Position numbers and translations under genes: made by a program
Part shown: in pieces, positions 38,265-47,975 of the stretch
Position numbering within the stretch: the stretch's first letter is position 1
Layout: every line of letters starts with the position of its first letter
The notes under the pieces: generated by a model
What the model was told of the DNA's origin: nothing
Databases searched by the model: none
Seen by the model: the letters and a program-made list of their open reading frames with translations, nothing else
Source of the DNA: Candidatus Gorgyraea atricola
GTDB taxonomy: Bacteria > Omnitrophota > Gorgyraeia > Gorgyraeales > Gorgyraeaceae
Direction of reading: 5' to 3'
Assembly (NCBI GenBank): GCA_030765235.1
Contig: JAVCCW010000010.1
Coordinates: forward strand, 30,907-94,906
Length of the DNA: 64,000 bases

Positions 38265-38951
38265 ATGAAACTTTCTATTTTGATCCCGGCGTATAATGAA
38301 GAGAGGTTTATTCAGAAGGTCTTGGGGGATATAAAATCAGTCCGGATTTCGGCTGAAAAAGAGGTTATCCTTATAGATGATGGGTCGACTGATAAGACCG
38401 TGGAAAAGGCACAGGCTGTAATGCCTGGTATAAGAGTAGTGCATCATGTAAAAAACCAGGGCAAAGGCGCAGCGCTCTCTACGGGCATTGCGCATGCAAC
38501 AGGAGATATCCTGTTGATCCAGGACGCGGATCTGGAGTATAGCCCACACTCCTACCCTGACCTCCTAAAGCCATTCTTTGAGCAGAATGCAGACGTAGTA
38601 TATGGCTCGCGATTTCTGAATAAAAAACGGCCGGAAAACATGAAACTGGCGTACTTTTTGGCAAATCGCTTTGGAACCATGCTCACCAATCTCCTGTATG
38701 GCACGCATGTCACAGATGCCATGACATGCTTCAAGGTCTTCAAGGCTCACACAATTAAAGGCGTAAAATTTACAAGCAAGGGTTTTGGCGCTGATTCAGC
38801 AGAACTTACTGCCAGGATAGCTAAAGGAAAATTTAATATAAAAGAAGTGCCCATCCCTTACAAGGCAAGGACATTTGAGGAAGGAAAAAAATTCCACCCT
38901 ATCTACTCACTGAACGTCTTGTGGGCTATAATCAGATACCGATTTATCTGA
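38265..38951 (+). CDS. GT2 glycosyltransferase, dolichyl/polyprenyl-phosphate mannose (Dpm1)-like
   Basis: ORF opens with GTG at 38241; first ATG at 38265 gives [16 protein letters not shown]; DDGSTD; DAD motif ([10 protein letters not shown]). Confidence 0.75.
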   Translation: MKLSILIPAYNEERFIQKVLGDIKSVRISAEKEVILIDDGSTDKTVEKAQAVMPGIRVVHHVKNQGKGAALSTGIAHATGDILLIQDADLEYSPHSYPDLLKPFFEQNADVVYGSRFLNKKRPENMKLAYFLANRFGTMLTNLLYGTHVTDAMTCFKVFKAHTIKGVKFTSKGFGADSAELTARIAKGKFNIKEVPIPYKARTFEEGKKFHPIYSLNVLWAIIRYRFI

Positions 38952-40490
38952 AATCTTATCTAAAACCTGCTGCGCTATTTTATTCTGCGGCTCTCTCTCA
39001 AGCACAAAAACCGCCTCTTTCTTCGCAAGATCAAGCCTATTCTGATTAAAATAAATAAGGGCCAACGTCTCATGGGAATACAGAAAATCATTGTCTATCT
39101 CTATGCTCCTTTTAAGTTCCTTGATCGCGGCAGAATAATCCCCTTTGCCAAGGTATATATTTGAGAGATTATAGTGCGGCTGGGCATAGTAATCGCCGAG
39201 CTCTATTGCCTTTTTATATTCCCTGATCGCGCCCTCTATCCTCCCTTCATCCGCATATGCCATCGCAAGATTATTGTGAAGCCTCGCGGAATCAGGTTTG
39301 TGCCTTATTGTGCTCTCGTAAAAAGATATGGGATCATGCCATTCCCTGTTTCTCTCGTAAGTCCTCCATATGTAAAAACTGCTGATCAGCGTTATTAATA
39401 AAAGCGCCAACGACCTCAATGCCTTACCTTTACTCAAAAGTCTATCCATGCACCACGCGACTACCATAAAAAAACCTATTGATGGCAGGTAGAGCCAGTG
39501 TTCGTAGATCAGGGCATTTATAGGAATGATATTTGAATTAGGAAAAATAGAAATAAAAAACCAGGCTACTGAAAATAATAAGAATTTATATCTTTTTCTA
39601 TATGCAAAACTCCCTAGAAAAATAGCCGCAACCATAAAAAACCCCAGGAAAACCTTTGGCTCAAAAATAGAATACGATAAGGCTATATCCCTTTCCATGT
39701 GCAGGCCAAACGGCCATAAAAGTATCCCGAAATATACAGGCACCGCCTTTAAAAACGTGCACAGCCTTATATAAAATGGGACGTAGAAAAACGCCTTGGG
39801 CACGTTTTCTGGTATAGTATGGGAAAAATCCAAAACAGTAAGCCTTAAAATGCCGTATACAATAATTATGGCGATAAAAGGAAGTAAATACTTCAATTCG
39901 CGCTTGAGGTCTCTATCTCTAAAAATGATATAAAGTAATATCAGAACCGGTGTCAATAAAGCCGACTCCTTGGAGAAAATCGCGAATAAAAAAGCAAGAC
40001 ATGATAGAAGAATATTCTTTTCAAATAACAAAATACTCAGCAGGATAAACAAAACTGACATAGGGTCTGCCCTGCCGGATATATAGGTGACTGCCTCTGT
40101 TTGAACGGGGTGTATCGCAAAGAACAATGCGCTGAGAAAGGCCATACCCTGAGAAAAAAGGTTTTTGAGAAGCAGAAATAGAAGAATCGCCGCTATAGCG
40201 TGAAAAAAGATATTGCTCGCGTGATGACCCGGCAATCTATATCCCCATACCATGTAATCTATGCCATGACTTATTGCCTGGATAGGCCTATAAAAATTGC
40301 TGCCTTTTCTCGCGCCCTGGATACTATTCTGCGTAAACAGCGCTGGCCATCTATGCCAATCCTTTACTGTCTCGTTTCTTAATATCCAATCCTCATCATC
40401 CCAGATAAACTGATTGTGCAGGGAATTTGCGTAAGATAACACTGCGGCGAAAAGCAGGATCAAAATAAAGGTTATATTTAATCTATTCAT
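38907..40490 (-). CDS. TMTC/PMT-like membrane glycosyltransferase candidate: about 11 TM helices + C-terminal TPR repeats
   Basis: Start refined to ATG 40490 ([12 protein letters not shown]...); C-terminal TPR repeats ([23 protein letters not shown]..., [26 protein letters not shown]...); overlaps convergent GT2 gene 3' end by 45 nt. Confidence 0.55.
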   Translation of the reverse strand: MNRLNITFILILLFAAVLSYANSLHNQFIWDDEDWILRNETVKDWHRWPALFTQNSIQGARKGSNFYRPIQAISHGIDYMVWGYRLPGHHASNIFFHAIAAILLFLLLKNLFSQGMAFLSALFFAIHPVQTEAVTYISGRADPMSVLFILLSILLFEKNILLSCLAFLFAIFSKESALLTPVLILLYIIFRDRDLKRELKYLLPFIAIIIVYGILRLTVLDFSHTIPENVPKAFFYVPFYIRLCTFLKAVPVYFGILLWPFGLHMERDIALSYSIFEPKVFLGFFMVAAIFLGSFAYRKRYKFLLFSVAWFFISIFPNSNIIPINALIYEHWLYLPSIGFFMVVAWCMDRLLSKGKALRSLALLLITLISSFYIWRTYERNREWHDPISFYESTIRHKPDSARLHNNLAMAYADEGRIEGAIREYKKAIELGDYYAQPHYNLSNIYLGKGDYSAAIKELKRSIEIDNDFLYSHETLALIYFNQNRLDLAKKEAVFVLEREPQNKIAQQVLDKISDKSVSDYSPQDVQ

Positions 40491-40526
40491 AAAAAAATGC
40501 CCCCACCGCAAAACGATGGGGGCAAA
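40491..40526 (-). terminator. Rho-independent terminator of cspA (GC hairpin gccccc-N13-gggggc followed by U7 on minus strand)
   Basis: Minus-strand RNA: GCCCCCAUCGUUUUGCGGUGGGGGC-AUUUUUUU directly after cspA stop; T-tract abuts the start codon of the next gene. Confidence 0.5.
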
Positions 40527-40541
40527 GGTAGCTATCTAAAA

Positions 40542-40745
40542 TTAAGCTAAAGGTTTTACGTTAGCTGCCTGTTCTCCCTTTGGTCCTTGGACAATATCAA
40601 ATTCTACATCCTGACCTTCTGCTAAGGTCTTATAGCCGTCACCCTGTATGGCTGTGTGATGCACGAATACATCCTTGCCATCTTCAGGAGTAATGAAGCC
40701 GTAGCCTTTTTTATTGTCAAACCACTTCACTTTCCCTTTTGACAC
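40542..40745 (-). CDS. cspA: Cold-shock protein (CspA family)
   Basis: 67 aa; [18 protein letters not shown] (RNP1) and VFVHHTAI (RNP2) motifs. Confidence 0.9.
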   Translation of the reverse strand: MSKGKVKWFDNKKGYGFITPEDGKDVFVHHTAIQGDGYKTLAEGQDVEFDIVQGPKGEQAANVKPLA

Positions 40746-40842
40746 TCTACTACCCTCCTTCCGTACACCTTGTTATGATACATTCAAACAAGGCAAAAAT
40801 TAGATTCTAGAGAAGTTTACCACAAGGTGGCCATTTTGTCAA

Positions 40843-41556
40843 TTATTTTTTGCTCCTACGCAGTTTCTTATATTTTCTTAGCTCATAGAATATACCTATG
40901 CCGTATTTTATGCCCCTGGATATACTTATCTGGGATGCCTCCTTGAAATAGCGAGTCTCTATGGGTATCTCTTCTATTTTGAAACCAAGACTCGCGGCAT
41001 CTATTAATATCTGGCCATCAAATAAAAAATCATCTGAATAGCTGTTCCAATCCGCAGCCTCCAGGAATCTGCGGCTGAATGCGCGAAAACCCGTATGATA
41101 CTCTGAAAGTTCCAACCCTAATACTTTATTCTCATATATAGTGGAAAGTCTGTTCGAGATATATTTGCATAGCGGCATGCCGCCTTTAAGCGCGCCTCCA
41201 TTTAAAACCCTTGAGCCCAGGACCACATCTGAGCGGCCATCCAATATAGGCTGGATCAGCTCCGGTATCTTTTTTGAATCATACTGATAATCAGGGTGAA
41301 GCATTACAATAATATCTGCTTCTTTACGAAGGGCCTCTCTGTAGCAAGTCTTCTGATTGGCTCCATAACCTTTATTACTATCATGGGCTACAAGGGTAAG
41401 ACCCAGATCCCTGGCTATCTCAACAGTCTTATCCCTGCTGTAATCATCGCACAATATGATCTCATCAACGACACCTTCTGGTATATCCCTGTAGGTCTTT
41501 TCCAGGGTAAGCTCAGCATTGTAGGCTGGCATTACAACTATTATTTTCTTATTCAT
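40843..41556 (-). CDS. GT2 glycosyltransferase (polyprenol-phosphate sugar synthase-like)
   Basis: 237 aa; IIVVMPAYNAELTL, CDDYSRDKT, DYQYD (DxD-like) motifs. Confidence 0.75.
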   Translation of the reverse strand: MNKKIIVVMPAYNAELTLEKTYRDIPEGVVDEIILCDDYSRDKTVEIARDLGLTLVAHDSNKGYGANQKTCYREALRKEADIIVMLHPDYQYDSKKIPELIQPILDGRSDVVLGSRVLNGGALKGGMPLCKYISNRLSTIYENKVLGLELSEYHTGFRAFSRRFLEAADWNSYSDDFLFDGQILIDAASLGFKIEEIPIETRYFKEASQISISRGIKYGIGIFYELRKYKKLRRSKK

Positions 41557-41582
41557 ATCATTTGAATGGCAGGTCGGCAGGA

Positions 41583-42293
41583 TCAGGTATCCGGCATTTC
41601 TTCTGTTGCCTTTTCTTCATAGTCGTGAAATATGCTTTTTGCTTTTATGCTATGATCTTTCTCTAACGTCTTTAGTCTCTGCTCTAATTCATGCTGCATC
41701 TTTAACATGATCTTCACGACATCTGCTATTGGGTCAGGAAGATTCCCGTGTTCGAAATCCAATTCAAGTTTTTTCATGACCTTTTTTTCAACAATCTTGC
41801 CTGGTATGCCTACTACAGTAGCACCGCTCGGCACATCCTTTACAACAACAGAGCCAGATCCTATCTTGGCGCCATCACCTATTGTAATCGGGCCAAGCAC
41901 ACAGGCATTGGATCCTATTACGACATTCTTGCCTATCGTGGGGTGGCGCTTGCCTTTTTTAAGGGCAGTCCCGCCAAGCACTACACCTTTATATAGCAAG
42001 GCATCATCGCCTATTTCTGAAGTCTCTCCTATAACAACACCCATGCCATGATCCATAAACACACGCCGGCCTATCTTTGCCCCAGGATGTATCTCTACTC
42101 CTGTTAGAAATCTCGAGACATGAGAAATAGCCCTGGCAATAACATACATCTTATGTGCGTAAAAAAAGTGCGCCATTCTGTGGAACCATAAGGCATGAAC
42201 GCCTGGATAGCATAAAAATACCTCCAACCCGCTCTTGGCCGCAGGATCCTTCTCCATAGCAGACTTTATATCTTCTTTTATCCTATTCAACAT
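41583..42293 (-). CDS. cysE: Serine O-acetyltransferase
   Basis: Start refined to ATG 42293 (MLNRIKEDI) with AGGAGG 8 nt upstream; left-handed beta-helix hexapeptide repeats (GIPGKIV...), conserved [16 protein letters not shown] motif. Confidence 0.8.
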   Translation of the reverse strand: MLNRIKEDIKSAMEKDPAAKSGLEVFLCYPGVHALWFHRMAHFFYAHKMYVIARAISHVSRFLTGVEIHPGAKIGRRVFMDHGMGVVIGETSEIGDDALLYKGVVLGGTALKKGKRHPTIGKNVVIGSNACVLGPITIGDGAKIGSGSVVVKDVPSGATVVGIPGKIVEKKVMKKLELDFEHGNLPDPIADVVKIMLKMQHELEQRLKTLEKDHSIKAKSIFHDYEEKATEEMPDT

Positions 42294-42461
42294 ACATCCT
42301 CCTACTACTTGTCTATATCCGGATCGCCGTCCAGTAATATCCAATCAATATCATCACCTATGCGCTCTGCCCGCGCCCTCGGATGCTCACATCCAACTAT
42401 GCTGGAAATCAATATCAATACTAGTATTATCCAAATAAAAGATCTCATATGTACCTCCTGG

Positions 42462-43610
42462 CTATTTTGGTAATGTAAAATAAAATTGACTACCCTTGCC
42501 TAATTCGCTCTTGACCCACATCCTTCCGTTGTGAAGCGTAACTATATCCTTTGCTATGGGTAGCCCCAGGCCCGTGCCTTCTTTTTTCTCAGCAGTCACC
42601 CTTGTAAACTTGTCAAATACTGTGTCTATGTTCTCAGGGGCTATGCCTTCACCCGTATCTGAGACCTCCACCATTATTTCTTTCTCAAGAGTAGTACTTT
42701 TTACTGTTATCTTACCACCCTCAGGGCTATACTTTATGGCATTGCTTAAAAGATTGATGAATACCTGAGTTGTCTTGTCTATGTCAGCGTTTATACCAGG
42801 CATATCCCTTGCAAGATCTTTGTTAAGGGTCTGCTTTTTGTCTTTCATTATCTTGCTAAAAACAGCCAGGTTCTCTTCTATTATCTTATTTATGTTAAGG
42901 TTCCCCTTCTTTAGTTTCATCTTACCCGACTCTATCTTTGATATATCCAGCAGATCATTTACAAGCCTGGAGAGCCTATTTGCTATATTTACAGCGCCGT
43001 CGAGCATATCCTTTTGCTCTGGGGTCACTTTGCCGAGCCCTCCTTTAATAACCAGATCTGTATTACCTTTTATGATAGTAAGAGGTGTTCTGAATTCATG
43101 TGCTACATTCGCAACAAAGTCAGATTTGATCCTATCTAATTCCTTCAGTTTTCTATTCGCTGCTTCCAGCTCAGTGTTCTTAGCAGCGATCTCTTTCTGC
43201 AGGCGCTCTTTTTCCTTCTGCGCCTCAAACGCCCTTAATGCATTATGGATCACGAGGCTCAGACCTTTCTCAAATCCTTTTTCCTTTATTACATAGTCAT
43301 ACGCGCCCTGTCTCATTGCCAGCGTGGCAAATTCTTCATCACCTTTGTCTGCCATCATTATAACAGGGCCCTGCAGGTCTTTATATTGTAAATCAGAGAG
43401 TATTTCCAGGCCATTCGCGCCAGGCAGGTTATAGGAAAGGAGGATGACATTGAACGCTTCTTCGTCGACCTTTTTAAGCAGATTCCCCTCTTCTTGTAAC
43501 CACATCAACTCATACGAAACACCTGACGGCTTAGAAAGGGCCTCTTTTATTTTTAATATATTCTGTGAATTAAATTCTATTATCAATATCTTTATAATCT
43601 TATCTTCCAT
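42462..43610 (-). CDS. Hybrid sensor histidine kinase: N-terminal receiver-like domain with Asp-to-Ser substitution + HisKA + HATPase_c
   Basis: 382 aa; receiver fold but phospho-acceptor position reads LLSYNLPG; H-box HEFRTPLT; N, G1 (DTGEGI), G2 (GTGLGL) boxes. Confidence 0.75.
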   Translation of the reverse strand: MEDKIIKILIIEFNSQNILKIKEALSKPSGVSYELMWLQEEGNLLKKVDEEAFNVILLSYNLPGANGLEILSDLQYKDLQGPVIMMADKGDEEFATLAMRQGAYDYVIKEKGFEKGLSLVIHNALRAFEAQKEKERLQKEIAAKNTELEAANRKLKELDRIKSDFVANVAHEFRTPLTIIKGNTDLVIKGGLGKVTPEQKDMLDGAVNIANRLSRLVNDLLDISKIESGKMKLKKGNLNINKIIEENLAVFSKIMKDKKQTLNKDLARDMPGINADIDKTTQVFINLLSNAIKYSPEGGKITVKSTTLEKEIMVEVSDTGEGIAPENIDTVFDKFTRVTAEKKEGTGLGLPIAKDIVTLHNGRMWVKSELGKGSQFYFTLPK

Positions 43611-45118
43611 CAGGCCTCCGTCAATCTTATTATATCCTCAACATGAGAAAGCGCCTCTTGTTCGCCCTTTTTAATAAAATCATTCGCAAGATGAAAATCA
43701 GTCGAGCTGGCAGATGAAAGTACAGGTCGCAGGGCAATGTTTGCTTTTTTGCAGCTATTCTCTCCGAGCACATATTCCATGGACTGCATGGTGGCCATGA
43801 TAACGTCAAAGATGTTGGGTGTAAAAATTTTTCTTAAACGTTTCATTATAGATAAGCCTATCCTTACATTAAAAGGGGCTGTAAGCATAAGATTTTTCTC
43901 TTCGCTATCCCTCTTTTTTAAAAGCATATTTTTTTCATATATATCTCTGGGGCCTGGCAAGACATTCACGGCTATTATCTTTTTCACACCCTGCTTTAAT
44001 AATATATCTACAGGCACAGGATCTGAAACCCCGCCATCAATGATCACTCTTTCCTTTTCGACCTTGGGTTTAAATATGCCTGGCACTGCTATGCTCATAT
44101 AAACCGCGTCCGCAAGCAAACCCTTCTCTATCACAAGTGTCTCTCTGTTTGCCAGGTCGTATACCATTATCTTAACAGGTATTTCCAGATCTTCAAATGT
44201 TTTTTCCTCAAAAATCTTCTTCAGAAACCTCTTCAGTCTTTTTCCAGCCAGGATGCCTGATATAGGTATTGTAAAGTCCAGCAGTCTCATGATCTTTAGC
44301 TTGCTTCTTAGTTTTCTTGCTATACTCTCTATCCTGCCTGCAGAAAAACCAAGGCCGTGCATACCTGCTATAAGCGCGCCTATGCTTGAACCTGACACAA
44401 TGTCTATAGTTATGTGCCTATCCTCCAGCATCTTCAAAACTCCTATATGCGCCAGGCCAAATGCAGAGCCGCTTCCCAGGGCAAGACCCAGTAACTTGCC
44501 TGACTCTTTCTTTGCAATACGCAAGATCGCCTTTGAATAAAGGGCGTCCTTGGATTTTAAAACAAGTGGTATCCCGCTTGAGTCTAATGCTGCATCCATG
44601 ATACCTGGCTCAGGCACAATGGCTGAGATATTTCTTTTAACTAACCACGCCATTTCCTCTTTTGAAAATCTATCGAATATATTCAGCCTGTTTACAATAA
44701 TGCTTGTCTTGGAGTGAATAGGCTCGAGGTCCTTCTCGAGCAAAACTTCTAAAAATCCATGGCTGGCTCCAAGATCGTCTTTAGTTGAATCCACAAAAAA
44801 ATGCACGACATCAGAACATGTAAACATCCTATACAGTGACTCGTCTGCCTCGCCTGAGGCATTAATTACAGTATAAAGATAATCTTTTTTTACGTTCTCG
44901 ATCTGGCGCTCTTTAATGCGGCCTTGCCTTAGGCGCTCTATTTTCACATCACTGCTTATTTTGTATTCCAGAGTACTTAAGACATCAATAAATAAAACTT
45001 TGCCTTTTGTAATCATGGCAAGCGCTGCTGCAAGGTTTATTGCATACCATGTCTTTGCCTCTCTGTGCGTAGTGTTATATACTGCTATCACCTTGCCGTT
45101 ATCGCTCATGCCTCCCAT
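43610..45118 (-). CDS. Patatin-like phospholipase with N-terminal degenerate ParA/MinD-like (P-loop-less) domain
   Basis: 502 aa; N-terminus VIAVYNTTHREAKTWYAINLAAALA aligns to ParA KGGVGKTT...NLAAALA with the P-loop destroyed; patatin oxyanion GSGSAFG and GSSIG (GxSxG) nucleophile; DGG near C-terminus. Confidence 0.65.
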   Translation of the reverse strand: MGGMSDNGKVIAVYNTTHREAKTWYAINLAAALAMITKGKVLFIDVLSTLEYKISSDVKIERLRQGRIKERQIENVKKDYLYTVINASGEADESLYRMFTCSDVVHFFVDSTKDDLGASHGFLEVLLEKDLEPIHSKTSIIVNRLNIFDRFSKEEMAWLVKRNISAIVPEPGIMDAALDSSGIPLVLKSKDALYSKAILRIAKKESGKLLGLALGSGSAFGLAHIGVLKMLEDRHITIDIVSGSSIGALIAGMHGLGFSAGRIESIARKLRSKLKIMRLLDFTIPISGILAGKRLKRFLKKIFEEKTFEDLEIPVKIMVYDLANRETLVIEKGLLADAVYMSIAVPGIFKPKVEKERVIIDGGVSDPVPVDILLKQGVKKIIAVNVLPGPRDIYEKNMLLKKRDSEEKNLMLTAPFNVRIGLSIMKRLRKIFTPNIFDVIMATMQSMEYVLGENSCKKANIALRPVLSSASSTDFHLANDFIKKGEQEALSHVEDIIRLTEA

Positions 45119-46776
45119 ATCCTCCTGGATCTTGGAAACCCCACACCCAACAATAATGCCAGATCAATATCTTCGCGGCTACCTACAATCCCCTCTTTTA
45201 AACACAATTCAGCCTGCCTTCTTATGGGGCATAAAAGTCGATTTGCTATGTCTTTTCGTCCGGATGACTGCTGCGTCTTTATTTTATCTCCAAGACCTTG
45301 CTCGAGTATCTCGCTGGCCTTATAGGCCACATCATGGCCGATCTCTTCTAAAAGGCGCAGGGGACCCACTGGCATACCAAAATCCAACATTGCATTCTCA
45401 ATATCCTCTGCATTAAAACCATTTTTCAACATAAAAAGGGCCTCATTTAGATATGGCAGGATCATGCGGTTTACAAGAAATCCGGGACTATCCTTGACCA
45501 CAAGGGGTATCTTTTTGAAGCTGCGCAAAAAGCCAATAGTTGAGCTCAGGACCTCTTTGCTCGTGAATCTCGTGGGAATAACCTCTACCAGCTTCATCTT
45601 ATACGCTGGATTAAAAAAATGCATGCCAATAAAACGCTCGGCATTCCTCAATGATCTTGACAATTCCTCAATAGAAATACACGAGGTATTTGTAGCTATT
45701 ATGCAATCCTTGCGTAACGACTTCTCTATCTGACTAAATAATATCTTTTTCTTTAGCGCATCTTCTATTATAGATTCTATCACTATATCAGTATCCTTGC
45801 ATACACCATTGCCAAATCTTATGTTTTTAATGCTTGGCCTCATGCCCCTGGAAATCGCATCTTTGCATATATTTTTTATATACGGTCTTGCCTTTTTTAA
45901 AACATTCTTATTGGCATCTGTTATATCGACTGGCAATTCTGTCTTTAAGCTTATTAGATAAGCAATATCCCTGCCCATTGTGCCGGCCCCTATAACTGAA
46001 CATCGCTTTAGGCGCGGGCTTAACAACTCAGGACCTTTATATTTATCAACCAACAAATATGAGGATAGCGCATTCTGTGCTGGCGGTTGAAAGATCTTAT
46101 CAATCACCTCTTGTCTCTCGACAGCCTCTACCTGTCCAACCGCGTAGGTTGGATTTAAATCCAACCTACGCGGTTGGACAGGTAGCCTTGCAAGCTTCTC
46201 ATAATCGCATTTTCTTGATTCTGGAATAATCTTGTCTATTATTCCCAGCTCTTTCGCCTCTTTTGCAAAAATCAACTCCCCTTTATCCATAAGAGAATCT
46301 GCTCTCTTTGATCCTATCTTTTCTTTTAATCTATGAGGACCGCCAAAACCAGGCGAGATGCCTAATTTTACCTCTGGGAGCCCGATCTTCACTCTCTTGT
46401 TTGTAGTAGCAAGTATATGGTCACAAGAGAGCGCCAGTTCCATGCCGCCACCGACACAAGCACCATCTACTATAGTAAAAGTCGGCATCTTTAAGTCAGC
46501 TATTTTGCTAAATAGCCTTTGCCCATTTTTACAAAAACTAACCACCTCTTTTTCTGTACGCATGGCAGCAAGCTCTTTAATATCTGCGCCCGCGATAAAG
46601 ACATTCTGCTTCTTGCTCGTGAAAAACAATGCGCGAAGTTCGACTTTATTACTTGTAACGCTATCTATGATACTCTCAAGCTGCTTGAAATTTTCTTTGG
46701 ATAACAGGTTTACCTCTGAATCAGGATCATTAAACTCTATAACACCCATATCATCTTTTTTGTAATAGGAGATCAT
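45106..46776 (-). CDS. FadB-like bifunctional enoyl-CoA hydratase / 3-hydroxyacyl-CoA dehydrogenase, with 18-aa in-frame palindrome-encoded insert in the interdomain linker
   Basis: 556 aa; crotonase fold N-terminus (FIAGADIKEL, GGGMELAL), 3HCDH NAD-binding VIGAGTMGRDIA; residues PVQPRRLDLNPTYAVGQV are the direct translation of the 46129-46184 palindrome. Confidence 0.75.
   Translation of the reverse strand: MISYYKKDDMGVIEFNDPDSEVNLLSKENFKQLESIIDSVTSNKVELRALFFTSKKQNVFIAGADIKELAAMRTEKEVVSFCKNGQRLFSKIADLKMPTFTIVDGACVGGGMELALSCDHILATTNKRVKIGLPEVKLGISPGFGGPHRLKEKIGSKRADSLMDKGELIFAKEAKELGIIDKIIPESRKCDYEKLARLPVQPRRLDLNPTYAVGQVEAVERQEVIDKIFQPPAQNALSSYLLVDKYKGPELLSPRLKRCSVIGAGTMGRDIAYLISLKTELPVDITDANKNVLKKARPYIKNICKDAISRGMRPSIKNIRFGNGVCKDTDIVIESIIEDALKKKILFSQIEKSLRKDCIIATNTSCISIEELSRSLRNAERFIGMHFFNPAYKMKLVEVIPTRFTSKEVLSSTIGFLRSFKKIPLVVKDSPGFLVNRMILPYLNEALFMLKNGFNAEDIENAMLDFGMPVGPLRLLEEIGHDVAYKASEILEQGLGDKIKTQQSSGRKDIANRLLCPIRRQAELCLKEGIVGSREDIDLALLLGVGFPRSRRIWEA
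46129..46184. repeat. 56-bp perfect palindromic (REP/MITE-like) element, copy 2, inside FadB-like CDS in frame
   Basis: tacctgtccaaccgcgtaggttggatttaaatccaacctacgcggttggacaggta; same family as 34172-34226 (shared core ccgcgtaggt-N-gatttaaatc-N-acctacgcgg). Confidence 0.7.
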
Positions 46777-46901
46777 AATAAAAAAAAGAAGCCGATAAAG
46801 ATTGATCGTATAGACGATCCGGCTTTGCCTGTTATCAGGCTCATCTTTATAACTTTATCGGCTTCAATAAAAGTATAGCACAGTTTTTTACAAATTCAAG
46901 G

Positions 46902-47312
46902 CTACCCAACCAACTTATATACTGCGTCGTGCTCCCTGGTCCTGACCTTTACCTTAATGCCTATTTCCTGTCCTACAGAAGCGCTTGCAATGGGAGCGCG
47001 GTCAAGCTGCATAGAATCTACCTTTTCCTTAAATTCAGTTGTGTGGCCTTTAATGACAATAGTATCCCCTTCGGCAAGCGAGCCTTTGGTCAGCTTTATA
47101 ACAGCTGCTTCAACATGGCCAAAATAATGAGTCACTATTCCGATCTCTTCCAGAGACATGCCAGCAGGTATAGAGATCTTAGATTTTGCCTTTTTCTTCT
47201 TGGCAACCTTTCTCTTTGACTTCCTTACAGCCTTCTTTTTCTTCTTCCGCTTTACTACCTTCTTCTTCCTGGCCACTTTTTTCTTGACCTTTCCCTTCTT
47301 CTTTTTCTTCAT
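46902..47312 (-). CDS. Lysine-rich (histone H1-like) N-terminal tail fused to small beta-barrel domain (EF-Tu domain-2-like)
   Basis: 136 aa; first 45 residues are almost entirely K/R/A/V; C-terminal 85 aa resemble translation-elongation-factor-like beta-barrel proteins; ATGA overlap with upstream LOG gene. Confidence 0.35.
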   Translation of the reverse strand: MKKKKKGKVKKKVARKKKVVKRKKKKKAVRKSKRKVAKKKKAKSKISIPAGMSLEEIGIVTHYFGHVEAAVIKLTKGSLAEGDTIVIKGHTTEFKEKVDSMQLDRAPIASASVGQEIGIKVKVRTREHDAVYKLVG

Positions 47313-47965
47313 GCCTCACCTCCTTTATTTGAATAAAAATCCTTTATTGTCTGCGAGACCTCTTTGGGTGTGTCTACAACGGTAAAGATGTCCAAATCTT
47401 TCTTGTCTATGCGATCTTCCTTTAACATGAAAGTCTTCATCCATTCTACAAGGCCCTTCCAATATTCATTCCCTACCAGTATGACCGGGAATTCTTCTAT
47501 CTTTTCTGTCTGGATAAGCGTGATAGACTCAAAGAACTCGTCCATTGTGCCGAATCCTCCTGGAAAGATCACAAAGGCCCTGGCGTATTTTACAAACATG
47601 ACCTTGCGGCAGAAAAAATATCTAAAGTCAATAAGGTTTGTTATGTATTTATTAGGCTTTTGCATAATAGGCACCTGGATGTTTAGACCTATAGAAGCTC
47701 CACCCGCATTCTTTGCGCCCTTGTTTGCCGCCTCCATGATACCAGGGCCAGCGCCTGTAATTATTGCATAACCGTCCTTGACCAGGCTTGCTGCAGTCTG
47801 CTCAGCTAATTTATAGTATTTATCCCCTGGCTCTGTCTTGGCTGAACCAAACACAGTAACTGCAGGGCCTATACCTGAGAGCTCCTCAAACCCATCAACA
47901 AACTCTGCCATTATCCTAAATATGCGCCAAGGATCTTCCTTGGTGAAATCGTAGTTCTTTACCAT
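47309..47965 (-). CDS. LOG-family protein (cytokinin riboside 5'-monophosphate phosphoribohydrolase / TIGR00730 Rossmann fold)
   Basis: 218 aa; GxGxxG-like ITGAGPGIMEAANKGA, PGGFGTMDE motif typical of LOG/YvdD family. Confidence 0.8.
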   Translation of the reverse strand: MVKNYDFTKEDPWRIFRIMAEFVDGFEELSGIGPAVTVFGSAKTEPGDKYYKLAEQTAASLVKDGYAIITGAGPGIMEAANKGAKNAGGASIGLNIQVPIMQKPNKYITNLIDFRYFFCRKVMFVKYARAFVIFPGGFGTMDEFFESITLIQTEKIEEFPVILVGNEYWKGLVEWMKTFMLKEDRIDKKDLDIFTVVDTPKEVSQTIKDFYSNKGGEA

Positions 47966-47975
47966 TAAACCCCCC

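Noticed and set aside
42306-42452. 48-codon minus-strand ORF ([47 protein letters not shown]) with lipobox between cysE and the histidine kinase
   Set aside because: Plausible tiny lipoprotein, but below the ORF-track size cutoff with no homology signal. Not listed as a feature.
42775-43296. 173-aa plus-strand ORF (and many similar 60-170 aa ORFs antisense to long minus-strand genes, for example 652-1035, 5207-5677, 14169-14567, 38337-38750, 45464-45733, 46358-46765, 59313-59855)
   Set aside because: Shadow ORFs opposite well-supported genes; Ser/Leu/Phe-rich low-complexity translations typical of antisense frames in AT-rich DNA; no RBS or domain signal.
46902-47040. Lys-rich tail of ORF 46902-47312 as a frameshifted ribosomal protein or histone gene
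   Set aside because: The frame continues uninterrupted into a structured C-terminal domain, with ATGA coupling to the upstream gene. Treated as a genuine small protein with low confidence rather than a pseudogene.
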